Shown: positions 38,201-49,524 of the stretch, one piece after another
Position numbering within the stretch: the stretch's first letter is position 1
Layout of the letters: each line of letters opens with the position of its first letter
Source of the DNA: Rhina ancylostomus
Lineage: Eukaryota
Length of the DNA: 64,000 bases
Reading direction: 5' to 3'
Assembly (NCBI GenBank): GCA_030265395.1
Contig: JARFYF010000050.1
Coordinates: forward strand, 19,182,044-19,246,043
Notes under the pieces: generated by a model
Database searches by the model: none
What the model was told of the DNA's origin: nothing
Seen by the model: only the letters and a program-made list of their open reading frames with translations
Position numbers and translations under genes: made by a program

Positions 38201-40259
38201 TGTCTGTCTACTTTGCCACTGTTACACAAACTTCTGCACTCAGTGCTTCTACCCCACAGAAATGTAGTTGTTGAAAAGCAGCAAACTGGGCACAGACAGG
38301 AGCTGCCTGAAAGCTCAAGCTTAAGGGGCTTCACTGTATGTGAACTTTAATGAGATTGATGATTAGCTTTTCTGGTTCAGGCTCTCAAAGGACATGCAAA
38401 TCTCATAAAAAATACAATAGTCTTTGAAATGCTCATAAAATAAGATCCCGGTACTTTGTATGTGTTTCAGTTCACCTCTGAACTGAAGAAATAAACACAG
38501 GTCTCAAACTTACAGTTACTTCTTTGACATTGCTATTTATTATTTATTCAACTAAATACTTCATTTGTGCAACACGTTGAATAATTCTGTAGATCTCATG
38601 ATTCTTGCAATATACATTCATCTGCAAGAGTACAAAAGAAAGCATCAACAAAATTCAGGAACAAATTTAGAACACACAGGAAATGTTTAGTTGTTATTTG
38701 GGAGGCATTTTCTGGAACATTCTAGGATGGCTCACTCATCTGTCAAATTGCCACTAAATGTATTTGTTTTAAAGAGACTTGGAATTTCTTTTGGATTTGA
38801 AAATGTGTCATTTCTAAATAATGCTGCAACATTTTAGACAAGAATTCAATGAATTTAAAAGATTTTGTTTACACAACATAATCCATTCATTCTTTTGCAA
38901 TCAGCTTTATTGTTAACTTGGACTTCTTATACTGCAGTTTTTAATTGGCCCTCACCTTAATTGGTGTTTATTGTTTAAGCAATCTGACTCCTGTTACCCA
39001 TTTGAAATGCCTTTGAGTGTTAATAGAGATGTCCAAGCTAAATGTTGAAATTCAGGGTTCCTGATTTATTGAGTTTAGACAGAGGTGAAAGTAACTTAAA
39101 TTTCTTATTGGTACGGTTGTATCAATTAACATTGCTGATTTAGTCCACTTATGAATTATTTATTTATTGTTTGATTCTGCTGGGCACCCTTTTTACCAAT
39201 ACGCCATACCAACCCTTACCGGCTTACTTTCACCTTTGAGTGGAGATTTCTGATACCAAACTTGTGCTCACTTATTTCAGTACAAAGAGCTCTTGGACAC
39301 TTTACAATGTTTGTATAGTTACCAAAAATACTTAAACTTGAGGCTTCCTCAGGATGTGGCAATATTGCTCCCATCAATGTTCAGCTCCAGACTGATGCTA
39401 GAAAGGAGGTCAGTATCTTAAGGCTCTTTTGTTCTGCACTTCAATTTCAAAATATTCAGGAGCTCCTCCTTCACTATTACTCCCGTCCTCACCTTCTGAA
39501 GATTCGTGCTGACAGAAATCCTGTTCTGCTACTGATGCTCCATCAAGTCACCATGGATAGGGCAGACCACAATATTACCATTGTATTATGCAGCAAGAGT
39601 CAGAAATGTATTCCAATGAGATAACATGAAAATATTCTGTTAATAATCAGTGAAGCAATGACATTGTGTCTGTGTTACAATTTTGATTGACACTTCAGTG
39701 GCCAAAAGTCATTGAACCCGGGAATAAACATGAGAGTTCCAGGCAATTGTTTTAGTTTATTCAATTCAATTACTCAGATCTCTGTTACTGGAGCAAGCCT
39801 AAACTCAATGGGCCACAAAACCCATTCATGGCTTGTAACCTCAATTAGAAGATTCTGATACGCTAAGAATTCAAATTGATTCACTATGTTGAAGTGAAAG
39901 AACAATTCAATTTTAACTAATTACTATCTGATTACTATTTCTTCTTTGTAATCTTATTTCTTAATACATTTATTTTATGTTTGATCTGAAAAATATAGTT
40001 TGTCAATGCAGTCTTTTTGTGGGTAGGTAGATCAGTAGAGATACTTGGTGCTCTACCAAGAGGCAGAATTCCTATTGTGAAGGTGCAATGGTAGGAAGGC
40101 TGGAATTAAGAACCTGAGGAGACCTGAACATTGCATGTACAAAGAATAGGGAATCTAGGATCTTAATCCCAGAAACTGGGAGCTTTGGGAAAGACAGCCT
40201 GATGGGTCTAACTCGATACTCTCTGCTTTAATTCTCTCCGGACTTGGTGATACTGAATG

Positions 40260-40480
40260 CCCTCTTTGTCTATGTGGAGACTGCTCATGTCGAAACCCCC
40301 CTGTGACCCCATGGATTTTCTCCTGGTGCTCTGCTTTCCTCCCACATCTCAAAGACATGCTTGTTGGCAGGTTAATTGGCCATTCTAAATTACACCTGGT
40401 GGGTGGGTGAGTGATAGAACCTGGGGAGGGTTGATGGGAAAGCAGGGAGAATAAAGTGAGATTAACGTAGTGTAAATGGG
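40260..40480 (+). mobile_element. V-domain SINE body (HE1-like)
   Basis: tgtctatgtggag..tctcctggtgctctgctttcctcccacatctcaaagacatgc..ggttaattggccattctaaatt. Confidence 0.8.
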
Positions 40481-40571
40481 CCACGGAGACAGAATCATAT
40501 TGCAGGGAGACCAAGTTCACGCTGGCCATCAAGCATCCATTTCCACTAATCCTACATTTACATTAATTCTA

Positions 40572-41290
40572 CAATGGTGCTGAGGTTGAGAGAGTTGAGA
40601 GCTTCAAGTTCCTAGGAGTGAACATCACCAATAGCCTGTCCTGGTCCAATCACATAGATGCCACAGCCAAGGAAGCTCACCAGCGCTTCTACTTCCTCAG
40701 GAATTTGGCATGTGCCCTTTGACACTCACCAACTTTTATTGATGCACCATAGAAAGCATCCTATATGGATGCATCACAGCTTGGTATGGCAACTGCTCTG
40801 CCTGGGACTGCTAGAAACTGCTGAGGGTTGTGGACACAGCCCAGCACATTACGGAAACCAGCCTCCCCTCCATGGACTCTGTCTACTCCTCTCACTACCT
40901 TGGTGAAGCAGCCAGCATAATCAAAGACCCCACCCACCCGGGTTATTCTCTCTTCTCTCCTCTCCTGTCAGGTAGAAGATACAGGAGTCTGAGGGCACAT
41001 ACCACTAGGCTCAAGGACATCTTCTATCCTACCCTTGAATGGTTCCCTTATATGATGAAATGGACTCTTGACCTCACAATCTACCTTGTTATGACCTTGT
41101 ACCTTATTGTCTACCTGCACTGCACTTCCTTTGTAACTGTGACACTTTACTCTGTATTCTGTTACTGTTTTTACCCTGTACTACTTCAGTGCACTGTGTA
41201 ATGAATTGATCTGTACAAACAGTATCCAAGACACGTTTTTCACTGTACCTTGGTACGTGACAATAATAAACCAATTGCAATACTAATACC
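40572..41290 (+). mobile_element. 5'-truncated Rex1/Babar LINE
   Basis: NGAEVERVESFKFLGVNITNSLSWSNHIDATAKEAHQRFYFLR..IIKDPTHPGYSLFSPLLSGRRYRSLRAHTTRLKD; tail tgacaataataaaccaat. Confidence 0.93.
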
Positions 41291-41309
41291 ATTAACCCCA
41301 TGTTATTTT

Positions 41310-41845
41310 TGCCACATGAGAGGAAGGATGTGATTGTGCTGGAGAGGGTACAGAGGAGATCTATCAGGGTGTTGCCTGGGATGGATGGAGGGACTGTCTC
41401 TGTCTCTGGTTGGCTTTTGTTTTCCTTTGAGAGGAAGAGGCTGAGGGGGAACCTGGTCAAGGCATACAAAATTATGAGGGGCATGGATAGGGTATATAGT
41501 GAGAAACTTTCCCCATTGCAGAGGTGTTTAGAACCAGAGACCAATAGATTAGGATAAGAGGTGAGAGTTTCAAAGGGGATCCAAGGAAAGATTTTTTTTC
41601 ACCCAGAATTTAATTCTGGAACATACTGCCTAAAGGGTTGATAGAGGCAGAGACTCTCATGACATTTGAGAAATATCTTGATGAGAATTTGAATCACTAA
41701 AGTATAGAAGGCTTCTATACTAAATTTTAGAAGTACCAGTTACTGGTTAATGGGATTCGCTTCGATGGGTATTTGGTTGTCAGTATGAACATGATGGGTT
41801 GAAGGTTCTCCTTCTGTACCGTTTGACTCCACGACACTATGACCA
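41310..41845 (+). mobile_element. CR1 LINE 3' part
   Basis: RKDVIVLERVQRR..RKRLRGNLVKAYKIMRGMDRV plus 3'UTR. Confidence 0.92.
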
Positions 41846-41879
41846 AAATGTATTGTGCCTGGTCCTCTCCTCCATGTCA

Positions 41880-41990
41880 GTAATATAGCTTATAAACAGC
41901 TGGGGTCCAATACAGATCCCTGTGACACCCACTTACCACAAACTCTCAATTGGAGAATGACCCATTTATTGCTCTTTTCTGTTTACTTTC
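41880..41990 (-). mobile_element. CR1 RT fragment
   Basis: aaacagctggggtccaatacagatccctgtgacaccc is antisense GVSQGSVLDPSC, a decayed GVPQGSVLGPQLF. Confidence 0.7.
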
Positions 41991-43622
41991 CATTAACTGA
42001 TCCATTTGAACTGATGATCTACCTAGCAGTTTTATATTGTGGATCTGACTCCTTTGATACTGTGTGTGTAGCAGGTGTGGCTTGGTATGGTGCAGAACAG
42101 GATAACACTAAAATAAATGGCACCATATTTTCATAATCCTTCAGTAGTGTTTGTTCATTTCTTCCTTTAAGGATACAAAGTGTGAGCACTGCTGCATAAG
42201 TTCATGTGGATCGGTTCTGAGAATTCACAGATCCTGGCTTCGGTATTTTGTATTACGCTTGAAATTTGATGGCCAGGATCCTGAGAGCCAGTGTGTATGG
42301 GAACACTGTGTGCTTGTAAACTCCATGCAGCTGGCAAATTTGGCACAGGCTCGTCATTGGTGCTGAGAGGTTTCCCAGAACTCCTCTAAATCCTCCTCTT
42401 TCTTCATAGGTTGGGTCTACTGACCTGCTCTGGTCTGGCTTCACATTCAGCCATCTGAAGGACCTGTATGTCATAATTGCCCTAATGCTGGATCTCAATT
42501 AATCCAGGATTGTGTAGTAGTGAGTCCCTGCTGCTTGGACCCTGCCATGCCCAGTATTTCAGGTCCTAGAGGAAACTTGCCTTTTAACTGGTGGCCAGAG
42601 GTCCCAACACACAAGGTAAGTGAAAACTCCCAGAAATGGCAGAGACCTGCACAACCAGGGTCCCAACACTGTCCAGGGGGTTTCAGCTACTTTCCTGGCA
42701 GCATGGGATGCTGTCTCCATTGTCTATAAAGCATGATTATACAAATTCATAAGCTTTCAAAAACAGCTTCAATATTTTCAATTCAGAATGAACACAAAGT
42801 CATTCCCATCCACTAAACTTTGACCACAATTGCACTATAGTATAATTTATAACTAAATTATAATAAAATGCATTCTTCTCCACTTTAGATTTCTGGCCAA
42901 AAGGTACTACTCCAAAGATAATCTATGCTCATGGCTTCTGCAGCATACTAAAAGACAACTTTTAGAATTAGTGAAATGACAGAGTTGACTACTTTTTATT
43001 GACAGCATCACTATGACTCATTTTCACAGCATTTCTTGTTCTTCCTGATTACAACAATAACCCCTCTGATCTCTCACATGCTCACTGTTGTGGAAAATTC
43101 CATTTTTCTACCTAAGTAAGCACGGGGAGGGGCAAGAATCCCACAGTAATGAGAGAATCCATAATAACAAGAGGAAAACATCAACTGACATGACGGGAAA
43201 TTTTGCCAGCTTGCTTTGAGACAAATTCTCCTTAGACAGGCACAGAACAATTAAAACTCTCCAAATGTGTCGATGGATATGTTCATAGTGCAGTTAAAAT
43301 AAATTAAACTGCGATATTGAAATATGACTTTTGTATGACAGATTTTACTGAAGTCAATTGGTTCTACCTAACAAGCCTAACTAGGGACTCAGGTGGTTAT
43401 CACACCCATTTACCAAGCTGATTGAGAATCATCTAGGATCCCTTCCTTTGGTTCCACCATCTCCAGAGTTGACCAAAATATTTCAAGGAAGAAGATAATA
43501 GAAGGATATCTGCTGATTTGTATGCTTTTAATTTGAAGGGAAAGTGTTGGTAAATGACAGAATGAACGATTTTACATGAATTACTACAACACACACAAAG
43601 TGCGTCGTCGAGATCATCGAGA

Positions 43623-43734
43623 TCCTGATGAAGGGTCTCGACCTGAAACGCTGACTATTTATTTCCCTCCATAGATGCTGCCTGACCTGCTGAGTCCCTC
43701 CAGCATTTTGTGTGTGTTGCTCCAGATTCCAGCA
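43623..43734 (+). mobile_element. Penelope-like terminus with the best-preserved hammerhead core
   Basis: CTGATGA-a-gggt-ctcg-acct-GAAAC-gct-gact, then atagatgctgcctgacctgctgagtccctccagcattttgtgtg; runs into an N-gap. Confidence 0.85.
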
Positions 43735-44269
43735 NNNNNNNNNNNNNNNNNNNNNNNNNNNNNNNNNNNNNNNNNNNNNNNNNNNNNNNNNNNNNNNNNN
43801 NNNNNNNNNNNNNNNNNNNNNNNNNNNNNNNNNNNNNNNNNNNNNNNNNNNNNNNNNNNNNNNNNNNNNNNNNNNNNNNGAGGCAAGATTCCTTCCAGTC
43901 ACTGCCTGTGTTTTTCCTGAGGAAGTATCCTGACTCCAGTCCTGTACCAGTGTGCCGCATTTGGTTTCTCTGTGAGCTTGCTCTTTGCTCAACGTTGTGA
44001 CAGAATACTCTGGCCACCATGAACCCAGCAGAGAGGAATCCCCCGTATGAAGCCCTCGCCAGCCAGGGCTCACTTCTGGGCTGGCATGACCAGGAGCTCT
44101 GGGGGGTCATGGCAGACTTCCATACTACTATGGATGGGCAGCTCAGTGAACAGGTCAGCCGAGTCTCTGCTCAACAGGTGGCATCTGTAGATTGAAAGAC
44201 TGAAGCCATAGCACATCAGTGATAGGGTGTTGGATGCTGAGATGAATTTAAAATATGTGGTTTGACTTG

Positions 44270-44620
44270 GCCTAGGTAGTGGTGAAGGTCATGATGGCTC
44301 CTGTACCATCCATACAAGTGGGGAAGTGTAGATGTTTCATTGGCTTTGGGGAATCTGCAGGATGCCTTCTTTTTGAGTTGTTACCATCATGGTATAAATA
44401 TGTCTGGTCCAGCTGAGATTCTGGCCCCCTATTCTCACCCGATTCCCTGCTCATGCCCTCCACCATCATCACACACACCTTCCTGGATATTAATTGTGGG
44501 CAAACCAATGTCACTGAAGATCAAGAAGGGTTCATATCCCTCTATGATGATTATTATCCTGCACTTGTATAGTGTCCGGGACTTGCTGCAAGCTGGCATG
44601 GACTCATTTCTGAGAAGTTA
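44270..44620 (+). mobile_element. Possible PIF/Harbinger transposase relic
   Basis: VVVKVMMA (similar to VAVKVTVAL), then KKGSYPS..IILHLYS..DSFLRS (similar to RKGFHS..ILHV.A..PGS.HDSFILR), in the expected order. Confidence 0.45.
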
Positions 44621-44647
44621 GAAATGGATCTCAATAGAATGACTATT

Positions 44648-44905
44648 ACTTTAAGACTGAGGTGAGGAGAAATTTCATTTCCTCGAGAGTGGTAAACATG
44701 TGGAATTCTCTACCATGGAAAACAGCTGAAGCCAAATCATTAAAGATATTCAGGATGAGATAGATTTTGTACTTAGGGTTCAAAGGATATGGGGAGAAAG
44801 CAGGAACAGGGTACTGAATTTAGATGATCAACTATGTTCATATTGAATGGTGGTGCAGGTTTGAAGGACCAAATGGCCACTCCTGTCCTATTTTCTCCAT
44901 GTCTC
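44648..44905 (+). mobile_element. CR1 3' end
   Basis: tttaagactgaggtgaggagaaatttc..gtggaattctctacc..caaatggccactcctgtcctatttt. Confidence 0.88.
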
Positions 44906-45793
44906 TGTAAATGAACATCCCTGCTGAAAGAATTAATTGTGATGTCTTTAGACAAGTTTAGTAAGTAGTAACTGTTTCACCACATAGTCAGACTATGAAG
45001 GATAACTGCAACATGCAAAGTGTAGCCAACAAAAACCATCTGATCCTGCAGGCTGTGAATTACACTTTAGCTGCAGAGGGAAAGCTCTGCACTTGCTAGA
45101 GCACCTTCTAAGCTCAGCTTCAGGCAACGATGGAGTGCCAAAACTCAGGAGTGTGAGAAATGTTTCTGGAAGAGATTTCACACATTTCAGATTTAATGCA
45201 ATTACTAGCAGGCCGGTGGCTGACCCAAGACCATCGTTGTGGATTTTATGTCAGATTTGCACCCTGAATTGCTCCTCCATGAAACGGCTGTACAGCTCTA
45301 CTCTTGAACTCAATGGATTGACTTGCCTGGTTCCTTCACTGACTAAGATAGTTGTTTATGTGCTGGTACAAGGGAAGACTCAGGCTGTCAAGTGCACGGG
45401 ACGAGAACCCTAGCCTTTAAGCTGGCTTAATTTCAAAGAAATATCAAACATTTATAGTTGTTCAGTCTGAGACTTCTGTTTTGCCATCCCTTAACAGCAA
45501 TGGGGGATTTATCTGTACAGAACATCAGCAGCTTTAAGTATTGTTATTACAAAACAGCAAAAGACAGCTGCACTCGAACAGGATTTGCCTGCAGCATTTT
45601 ATTCCAGTCGTTATTATCTCCATTTGTTAATTTTAAAGATTTAAAAGATGAACTGGTTCCAAATAAGGTTAAACAAGATTAGTAGCTGCTAAAAGGTCTG
45701 TGCTACATGCCAAAATGTTTGTGGTGATGATAAAGTGGACTGAGAGTAGAACTACATTCATTAAATGCTTTAATCCTGGGTTAGAAATTGGAA

Positions 45794-45951
45794 TCATTTT
45801 CTGAGAAGTTAGACATGGATCTCAATAGAATGACTATTACTTTAAGACTGAGATGAGGAGAAATTTCCTTTCCTAGAGAGTGGTAAACATGTGGAATTCT
45901 CTACAACAGAAAGCAGCTGAAGCCAAATCATTGAACATATTCAAGATGAGA
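45794..45951 (+). repeat. Direct duplicate of 44604-44760 (CR1-derived)
   Basis: About 12 differences in ~158 bp by eye; both copies start at the same point. Confidence 0.9.
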
Positions 45952-48041
45952 ATATATTATATCCATGGTCCTCATTTGCAAACATTAAATCACAGCATGG
46001 TAGTGACCATAACATGGTTGCAAGTTGTTGGTTGCTTTGTAAATGCAGAGAATTTCACAAATGAAGAGCAATGCTCAACTCTCTACTATTTAGTTAAGGC
46101 TACTGAGGATCAATTTCTACCAAAGGATTTTAATCCAATGAACTGTCCTTACGCACAGACACAGACAGAGAGACACANNNNNNNNNNNNNNNNNNNNNNN
46201 NNNNNNNNNNNNNNNNNNNNNNNNNNNNNNNNNNNNNNNNNNNNNNNNNNNNNNNNNNNNNNNNNNNNNNNNNNNNNNNNNNNNNNNNNNNNNNNNNNNN
46301 NNNNNNNNNNTATATTCAGCACAATATCTTGCAAATGCCTCACCTCATACCAACCTTAGTACATTGGTTATTACTGAAATTAGAAGTCAAATTTGTGACA
46401 GGAGTAGAGGTGTGAATGGGCTAGATCTTGGCTGCAGTGCCACATACCCCATGTATACCATCACACCATCACATTTGGTCAGGGAATCTGTGAACAAAAC
46501 AACAGGGTGCCTCAGTGCATAGGTCAGGGGAAGAAAGTGGGAGGTCAAATCAGAGACATGACTGTGCTTTCAGTAGAAGTCCTTCCATTTATGTCCTTGA
46601 AGGGACTCAGCAAAATCCACTCTATTTTAAACTCATAAGTGACACTTGGAGCACCTCCAAAGACACCAGCATTCTAAAGGAGTAATTAATCTGTGAAAGA
46701 AAACATTATTGTTTCTATTTGGAGTCACTCCAAGGAGAGCCAAAGTGTATTTTAATGTTTTGGCCTACTTAGGACTCAGGACAAATCTAACCATCATACT
46801 AGAGTAGCTTGGCTCAGAACAGGGGTACCCCCAGAATTTGAGTGGGTTTCCAGCCTTGTGTATGGGAAAGTGGCTTGTAGTAATGCCAGTGACATCTGCA
46901 GGCCTGAGGAATGCCCAAGCCTTTTCTTTTTCTGATTTGCCAATAACAGAAGAGAGAGATCACCAATTTGTCGCATCCTGAGCCAGATCCGCATGTAACT
47001 TCTCTATTAAATTCAAGGAGCAAAGAGTTTTCAATTCTAGTTTATCAGATTGAGGAATTAAGTTAGAAGAGGATGGAAATCTTTCAGTTTTGGCTGACTA
47101 CTGTGAGTCTGAAGCGCACTCAAGTTAGATGTAGAAAATTGAATGGAGAGCACAGATTCCTTTGCACGAGTGAAGTCAATAACCAGCGACAGCTGGAAGA
47201 ATGATTCTTTGAGTGTTAAATTTTCTTCTTACTAGTTCCTATTACAAAATAGATCTTTATATAGTTACATTGTTAGCTCACCTAGTACTCAGGATGTCTT
47301 CCAGGGAAACAAGATCCCTGATGGAATCAGTGAGAGAAGGGATCATTGATGCATTATATACAGAGAGATACCATGCTGGAAGCTAGTGCACCCTCCAGCC
47401 CTGCCTGTGCTGTTTGCTGCTGTATCGAGAATCTGGATGTTGGAAATCAACGAAATGCCCCTGATTAGGTATTGGGAGGGTTGGTGTGGGGTGGGCTGGG
47501 GCAAATGGTGTGGCCAATCAGTGATGAGAAGTGGGGGCCAGCACTGTGCATTAGTTGGGCAGTGAGTGTGGGCAGTGCTGGTGACCAGTGGCACCTGTTC
47601 CATACTGCCCAGATCCGATGGCTTCTCTCATCAACTCCTGTTAGATGTGATAGATATTGCTGCCTTCCCAGTTTGGAGATTTCTCGATTGTAACAAACAG
47701 CCACTGTTGAGCTTTTGACAGGGGTAGAGGTGTGAATACTAACACGTGGTCCAGAGCAACCACAGCAGAATTTGTTACCATAGAGAAATCTCTGGGCTGG
47801 GGAGACCGTAGGATCTGGGTGGTCTCTCATCACATGGATCAGTTGCTGCCAGTCCCCAGCAATGGTCCACATTCACCCTGCCAACCAGGTGCAGCACCAA
47901 GCTCTACAGCAAAGCACTGAGTGGCTGCACCACTCACCCTGATTCAACCAACACCACCCCTCACAGGCAGCCTCTCCACATCAAGACGGAGGAAAAATCA
48001 TTCTTGGAGGAGTGCTAAAAGAGGGGAGGGATTCGTGTCAG

Positions 48042-48266
48042 TTCACACTGCACAGAGAGTGGTGGGTGCCTGGAAAATGCTAACAAGAGGGGTAGTGGAA
48101 ACAGATGCCTTAGCAACATTTAAGAGACAATAGACAGGCACAGGAACAGACAGGGAATAGAGGGATATAGACCATGTGCAGGCAGATGGGATTGGAATCA
48201 AGGTTGGTGCAGACATGATGGTCTGAAGGGCAGTTTCTGTGCTGTACTGTTCTATGTTCTATGTTT
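48042..48266 (+). mobile_element. CR1 3' end
   Basis: QRVVGAWKML..VVETD.LATFKR, UTR and terminal (gttctat)n. Confidence 0.92.
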
Positions 48267-49524
48267 AACAACTACATAGTTATTTGAACCTTCCATGTCT
48301 TTTTGTCCAAGAGCAGCATAATATTTTGGAGGTAGAGTGCAATGGATGTGTGACAGATTCATGACCTTTAATTATAAAAATGAACATGAATAGTGCCAGT
48401 CATAATTTCCAGCCCTTTTTTGTCAGTGGTGGGTGGTATAACGGTTATCAACAAGGATCTATATGAAGATGATGCATGCTGTCTCTTAAAGGCTATTAAT
48501 TGTGATGTTAAATTGTTAGATGAATGGATTAATAATAAACAATTAATTATAAGGAAATAACATGGTGTATTCAGTCTACACAGATTAATCTAGCAATGGT
48601 AGAGTGAAAATAATTTTGAGTACAGAGGATCCTTGCCTTTGTGTTGCAATTACAGATGCTATTACATTAACAAGTATTGTTTATTAATAGAATCTTTGGA
48701 TAAGAGGTTTCATGTAACAAGGGAGTTCGAGCTCTGTTAGAGAGAACCCATAAATATTTCTTTAGCATTACATTTGTCCCGTGAGAACAGTGAGAAATTG
48801 GGCCTGCCAATACCTGTTTTTGGAAAACTATGAGTGCCCTAAATGCTCCAGGTCTGTGATTGTGGAGAGCATGTTTGGAAATGAGAGGCTGCCACACTGA
48901 CCATGGCATTAGCACATCCAGCAATGTATGGATCAGGTGGGAAAGAGGCCTTCTGGAGATTTAGCCACAATACTGTGAAATGGCAGGGTAAGTTTGAAGG
49001 TTTCTGAATTACTGCTCTAATTAGTTCCTAACTACTTAGGAAATTAGTCATGTTCTATCTCCACACATGATCACACCAGGCTCATTTTGCCTGGTCCCAC
49101 TCTTGCTCTCTCAATCCTTTTTCCTGTTATATTACGGACTAACCAGTTTCCCTTCCAGGTTTCTGTGTCAGCTGATCACACTAATGGTTCCCTCTACATA
49201 AGCAGTTAGCGAGATGGAATTGTTAGTGTTAATGTTATCACTTTCACTTTATATCCAGCATTTTTACCCTTTCCCTCAAAAATAAAACCTTGACACTTTC
49301 ATCGTTGTAAACTGCCATCCCATCACCTGCCTGTCCTTCTCCAAAGTTAGTGAATATCTTTGAAAGAAATTTCTTTGAAATAAGTATTGGGAAAGAAAAA
49401 GGTCTTTCTTTTTAGTCTCTTTCATTAACATCGTCCCTTTGCTACTTCCTGAAACTATTTCCAATGGAGACTGTCCAAGGCTGAATCAATCAACTTTGGA
49501 AATCATAAAATGATGTGCTAGAGA

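Noticed and set aside
43528-44110. Long ORFs here, and at 2290-2705, 45880-46359 and 51177-51668
   Set aside because: Their length is inflated by N-gaps translated as X.
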